Assembly: GCA_032718475.1 (NCBI GenBank)
Contig: JAUCBJ010008464.1
Location: 71,816 to 135,815 of the forward strand
Reading direction: 5' to 3'
Source: Nemertoderma westbladi
Lineage: Eukaryota; Animalia; Xenacoelomorpha
DNA length: 64,000 nucleotides
Part shown: positions 13,301 through 24,482 of the stretch, piece by piece
Layout: each line of letters begins with the position of its first letter
How positions within the stretch are numbered: position 1 is the first letter of the stretch
Made by a program: the position numbers and the translations under genes
The notes under the pieces: model-generated
What the model was told of the DNA's origin: nothing
The model's input: only the letters and a program-made list of their open reading frames with translations
Database searches by the model: none

Positions 13301-15366
13301 ATTGTTCCCTTTAACTGCTGCACAGTCCCCTCCATCTCCTGGACTTGCTGAGAGGAGCGGGAACGGTGTTCCCTCAGCTGCCCGAGCAGGAGACCCATCT
13401 CCCGTCGTCCCTCATCTACCCACTCGACCGCAGAAGCGGGAGGCGCCAACGTTGTAGCGGGCGGACGAGGGACAACGGGCGACAAATCATTAATATTTCG
13501 CTCGGAGTCCAGGACATGAACATTTTCAAGGGTGGTTCTGTGGGGCACAGGTAGCTTAGTGCTGTGCAGAGGGAATTTAGAGGTAGGTTCAGGGAGTATA
13601 GGTGTCTCTATCACCGAAGGGGTGGCTTCGAGAACAGGCCTAATTATTTCAGACTCATCTACTATAGTAGGGAGTCTTTCTATGTTAATTATTTGGTCTG
13701 TGGGTTCTGTACTACCTAAGTTTGTGTTAGTTAGTTGCCTTCTGACAGCTGGGGGCAAATCAGGCAATTTCTGACGGTGGGACATTCTTCGACGTCTGCT
13801 TAGACGAGATCTATTTCCTCCTCCTTCAGGATCGGTGGTATCGCCTTCCTCAGATGATGTATATCCCTGTCTTTTGGGAGTTGATCGACTCATCATCTGC
13901 ATTTGACTAGCTGTTAACTGTTTATTTATGCAGTCTTGATTCTCCTGAATGTTTTCCAATTCTAGTTGGGTGGTTTCTTCCGATGCTCTCCGTTCTGCTT
14001 CTGCCACTGCCTCTGCCGCTGCCACTGCCGCCTTTCTTTCCGCTTCGGCCGCTGCCACTGCCGCCTTTCTTTCCGCTTCGGCTGCTGCCGCTGCCGCTTT
14101 TCTTTCCGCTTCTGCCTCTGCCGCTGCCGCTGCCGCTGCCGCTTTTCTTTCCGCTTCTGCCGCTGCCACTGCTGCTGCCACTGCCGCTGTCTTTCTGTCT
14201 TCTATACGTTTTTTCTTTACTTGTTCTTCTTGGACCCTAGTGATGCGGAGGCGTTCATCAAATTTAGCTTGGTTCGCAGCTCTCATATCCGCATCGATTG
14301 CGTCCAACACAAGCTTGGCTCCTTCACTATTAGGGCTAAGTCCATCCAGCCATCTCCTCAACTCTTCGTCACCTACAAAGCGTTGATAGTCTGACAGATA
14401 GATGTCAATAGCATCCCTCTTATGCGGTTTCTCTGCTGTCGCTTCACTTTCCACTTGGGAAAAGGTGGCGTCTGTTGATTCTCCAAGGGTTGAGCGCTCA
14501 TCTAACTGAGATTTCCACGGGGCAGTTCTTTGAACTTGGAGACTCACCCGCTGTAACCAAGTCTTTATGGCAACTTGCAACGACGTGTCTTGTCTTCTTT
14601 TCGAAGCCTCCTCAAAGGCCGATAGGATTAGTCTGATTCTTAGAATTCTTTCTCGAACTTGAAAAAGCAGCTCTACCTGCTCTTGAGGTCCTTGTGGTTG
14701 TCTAAACAATTGTTCCTCTAATCGCTCCATGGAGCTGAAGCATCCCTGTACGTATCCGGCTGCTGACCTCTTCCACACAGCTGGATCGCTGGTTTCCTTT
14801 GTCACTCCCATCCTGTGTATGTCTTCCCAGGCAGCTTCAGATAAGTCAAACGGGAGTCCGGGTCCGGGGAAGTTCCATTGCGACTCGACAATAGACTTCA
14901 GTTCTTCCCTTGTATATCCCGCATAACTATCCTTGGTCGATCGCTTACTTCTCGCCCAATCAATCTGGTGTTCCTCCACCGCAATCAATACCCTAGTGAG
15001 TACGGCTGCAGGAAGGATGAGAAGGGGATCCGAATAAACCACATCTGCCATCTTTGCTCCGCACTCAGGTGTCAGCTCTACAGTATCCGCACTACTGGAG
15101 CTGCCGGGCCACTGAGAAATAAGTTCTCGGCTCGCGGGTTGTTGCTGCTCCGCCGCCTCTTGGTCCCGCTTGACCTGAGCTCGAGTGCCTATGATAGACC
15201 TACGATGTTGGACTAGCCTAGGGTCTGATATTACTACTGGGGGAATGATCTTTCTTACAGTAGGAGGTGAGTTGAACTTCGGTCTCACATGTTCCACACT
15301 CCTGTCTGGGTCACAGATGGTCGTATCTAGGAGACTGTCTGACAGGTTTTGCTTTATGTCAGACAT
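10351..15366 (-). pseudogene. gag: BEL/Pao gag-protease with deleted pol (copy B)
   Basis: 918-aa and 640-aa ORFs are split by one nonsense codon (ICR*LDW versus ICRQLDW in copy C). BEL triple zinc knuckle ending CAKCGAKHHILLH, protease ALLDSGS, then RNase H end (QWRHCP..N.ADIASR) and pol C-terminus. Confidence 0.92.
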
Positions 15367-16866
15367 GTTTGTTTGTACAGTTGAATGCCTACTGCTATAT
15401 TACAGTTAAAGCAAGTCTAGTAATTCAGTAATTCAGTATCGCTGTTAGCTTAGTAATTGATTACCGATACTGCTACTCATTGTAGCGTGATATATATATA
15501 ATATATTAGAATACCGGTATGCTTATAGTATATATATAAGTATTATTACAGACTAGGTTTATCACAGAATACCGGTATAGAATTTCAGCACAAATATATA
15601 TAAATATATAATAGGCCTATCGTGAATACCGGTATACAGCTTACACTTATAATGTATATATATAAGTATAATTACAGACTAGAATTAATCACAGAATACC
15701 AGTATATAATTTAGCCTAAATTTATAGAAATAAATATAATAAGCCTATCGCGAATACCGGTATGTCAATTATTTTAAATAATTGAATTTCTGAATTTTTA
15801 GGGGTTACTTGGTTACTTTACTTACTTTATTAACGTTATTTGAGCAGTAGTCCAACTGATATTGAGACCTAATTGTTGTATGGCAGGCCTACTATTTATA
15901 AATCGTTTGAGTTGATTTATAATATATATACCCGTTTAATGGGTTTTTGTCAATATTTGAAATAAATGTTATTATTTCTGGGGGGAGTCACTACACAGAA
16001 GCTGTGCGCTCTCAGTGAAGTGCTACTTGTTGGACACTAAAACAAATAATTCTAATTTACCTAAGTTACTTAATACTACAAATTACGTACAATTTGGTGT
16101 GAGATTACAATCTCTAAATAAACACAAAAAATTACAAGTACGAAATTTTAGGGTAATTTTACAAGAAGTCTACAAACCAGCCTAACAAAGGGTTAGAATA
16201 TCTGGTTATTACAACGGACAGGGTACTACGGTATTTGAAAATAATAAGTAGTAGTAAATATACTGCGTTGTCCAGATAGGAAAAATACCACCGTCTGACG
16301 ACTTATAGCCGTATCGCTATAAGTACTACGTTATGTATCACGGAGTGTTCCTACCTAGAAGTTAATTACCGCGGTCTACCAGAACCAACGTGCCTATTAA
16401 CCACTTTAGAACACAAATATACTGCCTACACACTAATTACCTTCAGAAAGCACTGTACACTAAACCCTAAATTAGGTACAAGTACTTATACAACAAATAA
16501 TCAGTAGTTAAAAATACTTGAACAGCTAAAAGAACCACGGTATCTGCTGGAGTGACCGGGGCACAAAATCACCAGTCTTTACCTATGCCAAGCAGCCCTG
16601 ATGTAGTACCGGGGTTAGTTTAACTATAACGGTATATATAACAAGCACAATTACTGTAGGAATAAACTTGGGGATATGAATGTTGCGAATAATCGCATAA
16701 ACTCTTAATAATAAATATTACGCTACGCGTACAGACTACTCAAACAAAATGCAGACCAAATACTGACAGACTACTATCAAACCTAAACAAATTACGGTAT
16801 ATGCAGACTCCGAAATCCATGCAGACTCCGGTACTTCAGCTTTATTGCCTACCGCAATACAGAAGC

Positions 16867-16878
16867 TATATCTGTTAT
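16867..16878 (-). promoter_or_regulatory. Non-tRNA primer-binding site of copy B (ATAACAGATATA)
   Basis: Abuts the LTR end (...CGCGAACA), has no TGG, and is a perfect 12-bp reverse complement of LTR site 17407-17418. Confidence 0.8.
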
Positions 16879-17861
16879 TGTTCGCGCTTTTAGACCTTTA
16901 GCAGTTTAACCTGCCAAATTGGGATGTCTTCTAGATAATAAATCGACTTTAGCCTATGACGAGTATTTGATACACTACATTAGCCGAAGCCAGTCTATGC
17001 GCGACCATTCACCCGCTGGATATACCCGGGAGACTGGATTCGGAAGCTTAACCTTATTGCGGTGTAGGCCTACTGTATTATTCGACTGATCGTAATATAT
17101 AATCTCTGACAAATATTATTCACTTTCGGGAAATATTAACAGTTCCTTTAGGAACAACAACCAATACATGTAGTGCCTATGAAATAGCATTAGATTCACT
17201 TCAAAAACCACTTTAATGTAAGTCGCAATCGTTATATGTAACTGGTCTCTCTTACCTTCAGTATATCAAGAAGATTGAGGGTTTTGTAATTATTTATCGG
17301 TATTCCAAATATAATAATATTCCATCAACTGATATAATGAATAACCGACAGTAAATAGCAGTAAAAATGCGGTGTTTGTAGTTGACAATATGATTAGGTG
17401 AGTGAGATAACAGATATACGTTCTATAATTAAGCCTACTAATGTTGGGCTAAAGACTGAAAACACAGAGATTCCAAAGCCAGTCTTCTGGGCTCAGGACA
17501 AAATGTACACATTGACCCATAATGCATTGCGCGATTTCTCGGAGGTTTCTGTACAAAAAGCAGGAGAATCGCTCTGATTGGTTGACCGAACAAAGAAACA
17601 ACAGAGAACAAGGAAAAAAGCTACACGTGTACAGATCAGCTGTTAGCTGTCGTCATAGTAACTACACTGTTTCAAGAGGATTTCGCGTATTGTGACATAG
17701 AATTGCTAATTATGTCCGCTAAAGTACACATACAGAAGAAATGGCTTTTTATGTCCACTAAAACACCAGTACAGTAAGGATACGGCCTTTTATGCCTGTT
17801 AAACCAACTACAGAGTACTTTATGGGGAAAATAACCGGCTAATTCCGCAAAAGCTTTTACA
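16879..17861 (-). repeat. Copy B 5' LTR (983 bp)
   Basis: TGTAAAAGCTT...AAAAGCGCGAACA on the minus strand, same termini as the TSD-defined LTRs of copy C; contains a CCAAT box. Confidence 0.92.
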
Positions 17862-18515
17862 AAGGGAACGGTGGAGTGCTTGCAATGTGGTGGATTTCGG
17901 CTAAACAAATTCACTAGTAACTCCCGTGAGTTTTTGGAACGATCCTGGTAGAAGACCGAGGTGTTAAAGATCTGGATCTCATCAAGGACGATCTTCCAGA
18001 AACCAAAACACTTGGCTTAAAATGGGACACGGAGAGAGATATCGTGTTTTTCCAGTTAAAACAGCGAGATAATCCAGTTAGAACTAAACGGATTTGTCTA
18101 AGTATCCTGAGCACTTATTTCGATCCATTGGGATTTATTAGCCCAGTTATATTAGTTGCTCGGAGCTTAGTGCAACAAATGTGGCTCGAAAACCACTCGT
18201 GGGATGATCCACTTAAGGGAGAATTGCTAAAGAAGTGGATGAAATGGGAAGATTCTCTACCATCCATTGAGAACTTTATTATTTCCCGTTCATATTTTGG
18301 TAACGTTCTCCCCACATATTCCTATCAACTCCATGTGTTTGGAGACGCCAGCGATATGGGAATAGGTATAGTAGCCTACCTGAGGGTTGAAACTCCGGAT
18401 GGAATTAAAGTTGCCTTGGTCACCTCTAAGGCCTTGATAAACAACAAATTACGAGTTCCTCGAGCGGAGTTAAAGGCGGCTCTATACGCTACAGCCATCG
18501 GTCGGAATGTAACAG

Positions 18516-18924
18516 TAACAATGTGTTGGCAAGCTGTATTTTTCGAGGTGTTTGTTATTATACATTATATTATAAGAAGGGATCTAGGGGTCTTAACCTC
18601 GAATGATAAGTTTATTTTACCGAAAATAACTTATCTTTTATTGGCGCAATTGTAGGACTAATCCCATCACATGCGTACTTTTTAACCGGGTAGTGTACAA
18701 ATTTAGGAATCGCGTAATTTTTTTTTTTTTTTTTTTTTTTTCTTGAAATTAATATCTCATATCTCTCCAAACCACGTATGCGTTTCGACCTTACTGGGTC
18801 TCATCAGCGTGGTGTCGGATTCGAACCTGGGACCTCGAGGCGGAAGCCGAGACTACTTATTTTCGGTAAAATAAACTTATCATTCGAGGTTAAGACCCCT
18901 AGATCCCTTCTTATAATAAAATGT
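18516..18924 (-). mobile_element. Short retroposed insert with B-box, hammerhead motif, poly(A) and ~63-bp inverted repeat
   Basis: 12-bp TSD GGAATGTAACAG (18504-18515 and 18925-18936) interrupting pol; inverted repeat ~18567-18629 versus ~18857-18919. Confidence 0.8.
18771..18813 (-). ncRNA. Minimal type I hammerhead ribozyme motif (possibly degenerate)
   Basis: Minus strand reads ACCACG CTGATGA GACC cagtaa GGTC GAAA CGCATA CGTGGT: intact core, 6-bp stem I, 4-bp stem II, vestigial stem III. Confidence 0.8.
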
Positions 18925-21763
18925 GGAATGTAACAGAACAGATCGACTATCCACTGGAGAAAACTGTCTATTGGACTGATGCTTTACTCGTTCTGGAGTA
19001 TATAACAAATGAAGTCTGTCAGTTCAGCGTTTTCGTTACCAACAGAGTAGCCATTATACTTAGTCGCTCTAATGTAGATCAATGGAGACATTGCCCTGGG
19101 ACGATTAATCCAGCCGACATCGCTTCCAGAGGAACAACTCCTCAAGAACTGATAGATACTCCGGACTGGTTAGGTGGACCCGACTTCCTAAGTAAAGAAG
19201 AGCATGAATGGCCTCCTCATCTCACCACGGCAGAGATTAGACAAGCCAAGGGAGTGGAGAAAGTCAAACCTAAAACCCAGACGAGTAAATCAAAGTTATT
19301 TAAACCCGTGATAGATCTGTCTGTACTACAGATCTCTGGGGATGACGCTGTGGATCTTAACTCCCCCACCACGAACAAATCTGTTATAGAAATCAGGGAA
19401 AGAGACTGGAAATCTGGAACACCAGATGTCTCGCAAGGACTCTCCCCTCTCCTGCAGAGAGCAATAAATCATTATAGCTCCTGGAATCGGCTTTGCAAGG
19501 CCGTTGTGTATCTTAAAAGATGTTTCCATCATCACTATTCCAGGCCAAAGATCGCTAGTGATACCGCTACAATAATATCCGAAAAGGTCCATGCTATTAA
19601 AGACCTTCCCGCTTATAAAGTGTCTGATAGGTTTCTGAATGAGAAGATCAGTTACCAAGAGCATGAATATATCAATAAGCAGATACTGAGACTCCTGCAA
19701 TGCTATGAAGATTCCGATAAGTATTTCCTGTTGTTGAGAAATCCACAGATGCATTTGAGGGATCGTTTCTCTAGCACAATGATAGATGGGTTAATACGTG
19801 TCGGAGGGAGATTAACTAATGCTCCATTGTCCTTTGACACTAAGTTTCCCATACTCATTAGAAATCTTGAAATACAAATCAAGATGATTGTAGATGTTCA
19901 CAGTAGACTTTACCATGCTGGTAGAGAACTGGCTATTATTTCCATAAACCCCGCAGAGCTCTGAACCAAGTTCTTAGGAACTGTATACCCTGTAGGAAAG
20001 CATTCAGTAGGCCTTTAACACAGCGAGAGGCAGAATTACTTAGGGAACGAGTAAGCTTCTATGAACCACCCTTTACCAATACTGGGGTGGATTTATTTGG
20101 CCCTATTGAAGTATATCGTGCTAGGACTATAGTCAAGCGATGGTGTGTCATCTTTGTCTGTATGACTTGTAGAGCGATCCATCTAGATATGGTGAACGAT
20201 CTATCTACCAACAGCTTCATACTGAGTTTACGCCGACAGATCGCTCGTTTTGGGACTAGCAACACTATGAGATCCGACAAAGGAACGAACTTCATTGGCC
20301 AATAATGAGATCAAAGCTTACTTGAAAGATTGGAACCAAAGACAGGTGGACGATCAGCTAAGGATAACGGCATCTAGCTGGACCTTCAATGCCGCCGACG
20401 CCCCTTGGTGGGGAGGAAGTTGGGAGAGATTAATACGGAGTGTGAAGACCGCATTTCACTTTATAGTGCCGTGCCGCGCGTATCTCACTGACGAACTTTT
20501 GCGGACGTTAATGGAAGAAATGCCGCCTATCTTAACGAGAGACCGCTTATGCCAGTCTCATCGAGTCCCGACTCCCTAGAAGCGCTGACACCCACGCATT
20601 TCCTACTAAAGAAACCTGTAGCCATGCTCCCGTAATCGGAAATCACGGACGGAGACGAATACTACCGACAAACTTGGCAACTTATGCAGTTGTTATCCCG
20701 TCGTTTCTCTGACCATTTCGAAAAACATTATCTTCCTACACTACAACTTCGAACAAAGTGGTTTGCGCAGCAAGAAAACGTCAGCGCCGGAGACATGGTC
20801 CTTATTGTGGAATCAGATCTTCCACGTAAGAGGTGGCAGACAGGTCATATCATCGCGACTCATATATCCGATGATGGTTTAGTGCGATCGGTAAAACTCG
20901 TCGTCATGCGACGTAACTTTAAGAAACCTGGAATTGTATTCGAAACACAACAACTTAATCGCCCAGTTGGTCGTTTATGTTTACTGGAAAGAGACCGACA
21001 GTTATCCGGAAACTATGGAAGGCAAGATACTCTTCCCACGACCACCTCCCTAATCCAACAAACATCTAGGGACTCCTCAACGTAACAGCGTTTGGAGTGG
21101 GTGTGTGACTACATTATTTTATATATTTTTATCATTTTTATATTTATGTATGTATTATTATGTAATTTTATTATTATAATCGTTTTCTTTAATTTTATTT
21201 AGTAGAATAATATTTTAACGATTATTCAGTAGATTAGTGCAATATATATTCGTGTTTATTACTTAATTACTTAGCATTATATATTTCGTTTAATGGCGAG
21301 AAATAATTCATTTTCTGTTTCCTTACTGTCCGTATCATACTATAAATATGTGACTACAGTAAGATGAAATGTCCATACTTCTTAAAAGTACAATACCGTC
21401 CCTACTTTACTCAAGTATTATTGGTAAGTAGAGTATTAGGAATGCAATGTTCAGATCCTCGTGTCTCGGCTAAACCAAGCTCTGGGTAGACCTTGGAAAC
21501 GACTTGCCTCTTCTCACTGACATTGCTTCTTGCAATATTGCTCACATACCGTATATTAAATAATACATATAGTAGAATGATGTCCATTTAACAGTAGCGT
21601 AAAACGCAAAATAAATCTGTTAAACCCTTTGACCATCTGAAATTCTAGTCGATTAAGATATCGCGGCACCCACCGATATACTTGAAAGACAAAATTCTAG
21701 AATCAGTGGTTAACGTCCCCAAACATGTTCTGGAATAAATCGGTGCCCATCTTAAATATTAAA

Positions 21764-23437
21764 TCTATATATATAAATATCCTCTGTCTGTCTGTGAGTC
21801 TGTGAGTCTGTGAGTCTATGAGTCTGTGAGTCTGTCCAAGCTATACGCTCCGACACACGAGCACCAATCTGAGCGAATGATACATCGATCGAAAGCTCTC
21901 GTCCCGAGCACGTAAACTATCGCTATCTCGAGGCTTATTTTACGCGTTTGCTTGCGTGAATGCGTATTTTGTATTCGCTACAACATGTTGTGTGATAAAA
22001 TCTCAAAGTGATTCGAATATTCCTTTTGGCAGTACAGGCCTGGCAAAGCTGAGAGTTAGTTAGCAAGGCAGCTAGCTACTTGCAGACCAATCATAGGTGG
22101 CCTGCAGCAGGCTGGGTTGGTTAAGTAGTAATCTCAATAAATAGGACCCAGCAGGAGAGTGGAGTGGATCTACTGTGATTGGTTCTTGACTTACATTGGT
22201 AAGAACAAGCAGTAAATCTTAGATTAGCTTTTTTTCAGTTCACATATTGTTTATAATCATAAACACAAAATGATTCAATTATTCATTTTTGCAATGTACC
22301 GGATGGGTGCTAGCGAGGTAGGCCTAGCAGGTCGTCAGTCCGTCATCCTACAAGTTGGATCTTGACTCTATCATGTGCGTGCACCTATATAATGCAGACC
22401 ATCCTCAGCCCGTGAACATGAATTGTAAAGGCTATCTCGAGGCTGATTTTTTACACATTTACTTGATACTTGCATGAATGCGTCTTTGAGGAAAATTGCA
22501 TTATTCTGCAGTTGTTTTGTTATCGGAGAAATTACTGATCAGCAAGCAGGAAATTATAACAGCAGTTATTGCATCATCGTAACCACTCTGCTGACACTTT
22601 GCAGAATAAATTCTACCTGACCATAGCTGCGTGTTGGGAGGACGCCGACCAGTTTGCAGTTCTTCAGTCTGCCACTAGGAGGCGAAATGTCTGAAAGTGA
22701 AAATCTTATCCTATCTTGTTATTAATAATGATTTTTAGCTGAGACTTAGGTCCTTTACACAATATGTTTATAATGTTTTTTTTGCTGATACCAAGCAGAG
22801 TATACTACACCGTAGGGTGTGTATTTGGGCTTGGGGAGACGATGACTAATCTTCAGTTCCCCAGTCTGCCGCTATTAGGGGATGAAATGTCTGAATGAGG
22901 AAACCTACAATTTTGTTGTTTATGAATACTTTTTTGCTGATACTTGGCATTTGGCAGAGGACTACTACACCATAGTCGTCATGTTTGGGGAGGACGCTAA
23001 CCAGTGCATAATTATGCAGTCTGCCACTAGGGGGCGAAATGTCTGAAATTAAAACCTTCCATTTTAATACGATAGAGTTGCTGCAGTGACCTACTGCACT
23101 ATAGGTTATGTTTGCGAGGACGCTAACCACTACTCTGCAGTTATACAGTTTTCCACTAAGGGGAAAATATTACACACAGTTTAAACCTTTTCACATTTTA
23201 TTATTTGTAATCCATTGGAGGTGTTACTTGGAAGGTATCTACTACAACATAAAGCCTTATGTTTATTATTGTATGTACTGTAGCTGCAACTAAAACGGGA
23301 TCAGTCTGTTAGTCTTATGTAAAGTTTTGTTAAGTTAATTAATTAATTTATTTATGTTTGATATTGTCCATTGATTGATTGATTGTATAGAAGCTTGTGA
23401 ACTAGAAAGCCGTGGCCGAAGGCCACGGGCTTTCTAG
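21764..23437 (+). mobile_element. Non-autonomous Helitron
   Basis: A|TCTATATATATAAA start followed by a (TGAGTCTG)n microsatellite; 3' hairpin CGTGGCC-GAA-GGCCACG then CTAG|T; absent at the homologous site in copies B and C. Confidence 0.9.
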
Positions 23438-24482
23438 TATTTAATAAATATTTATAAAATCTGTTAAAACAAGTGTTATAATAGAGTAAATGCTGATAAA
23501 TTAACTCTAGAGAGTTTGTAAATCAAAAATCTGTTAAATTTTAGATCCTTTAAATTTCTAGTCAATTAAGATATCGTAGCATTTACCGATACTCTTAAAA
23601 AGACAAAATTTCGAGAATTAAGGATCCTAGTCCCCAGACATGTTCTGGAATAAAATTGTGTCTATTTTAATGTCAAATAATAAAATTTACGGAAATAAAT
23701 TTTAAATTCATATCCTCTCATGAATTTTATAAATTGTCATTTTATTTATAACAATTTATAACATTCCCAAAATTCAATTAATTAATAGATCATGGGAGCG
23801 GAGATTCACCATATTAAGTATATTAGTGTGCGAGAATCTCCAATGTATAGTCAATAACTGATAAAATTCATAAAATCATGTATAAAGGGGAAAATTGAAA
23901 ATTAAAGAATTACTATTAAATAGCATCCCAGATCTGTATGCATGAAAATTACCCTAATTCTACTGCTAGCTTTCCATAATGTCACCATAGCAACAACCAC
24001 GCTAGAATTAGAAGCGAGTTAAAAGAACAATAGAAAGCTTGCCCCATTGAATAGCATGCGGAATAAATAGCACCCTGCTAGTATCCAGGGATACATAATA
24101 ATAACGTGGCATTCTGGAAGGCACTTGACTAACAGACAAATGGCCCGAATGTGTACAATTTGTGACAGGAGTGTGGAATTTGTGTATTTATAGGTGAATG
24201 TTACTACTAAAGTGTGTTTACAGTAGCGAGTCGCAGTTGTGAAAGTTACCCTGCCTCTGTAGCAAGAACCTCCAGTAGTTCTAAGCCCTTGGGACGGACA
24301 GTGGAGTGACTCGTGCTGGTTATTGTTGTCGTTGTGTAGCTACTATGTTGGCAAAAGGCACAACGATGACAGTATATCAACGCTGAGGATCTTGCGCTGT
24401 CCGGGGGCATTGAGGTGGAGGCAGCGACGACCGCTGGCCTAAATATCATTAATTATAATATCGATAAACTCATATAGCAGCT

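Larger units (their letters stand above)
6960..17861 (-). mobile_element. Non-autonomous BEL/Pao copy B (gag-protease, RT and IN deleted) inserted antisense into the pol of copy A/D
   Basis: 5' LTR 17861-16879, gag-pro, accessory ORF, PPT (ccgctccc at 7282-7289) and truncated 3' LTR. The right flank resumes in BEL RT sequence (GGFRLNKFTSNS). Confidence 0.9.
17862..21085 (+). pseudogene. pol: BEL/Pao pol (RT end, Pao peptidase-A17/RNase H, integrase, C-terminal domain), frameshifted
   Basis: Motifs GGFRLNKFTSNS, TLGLKWD, FDPLGFISP, HVFGDASD, RAELKAA, YWTDA, NPADIASRG, DLFGP, SDKGTNF, PWWGGSWERL, LQLRTKW, DGLVRSV. Confidence 0.93.

Noticed and set aside
13949-14394. Ala/Ser-, Cys/Arg- and Leu/Pro-rich ORFs (also 43892-44368)
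   Set aside because: They are antisense shadows of the Gag alanine-rich repeat.
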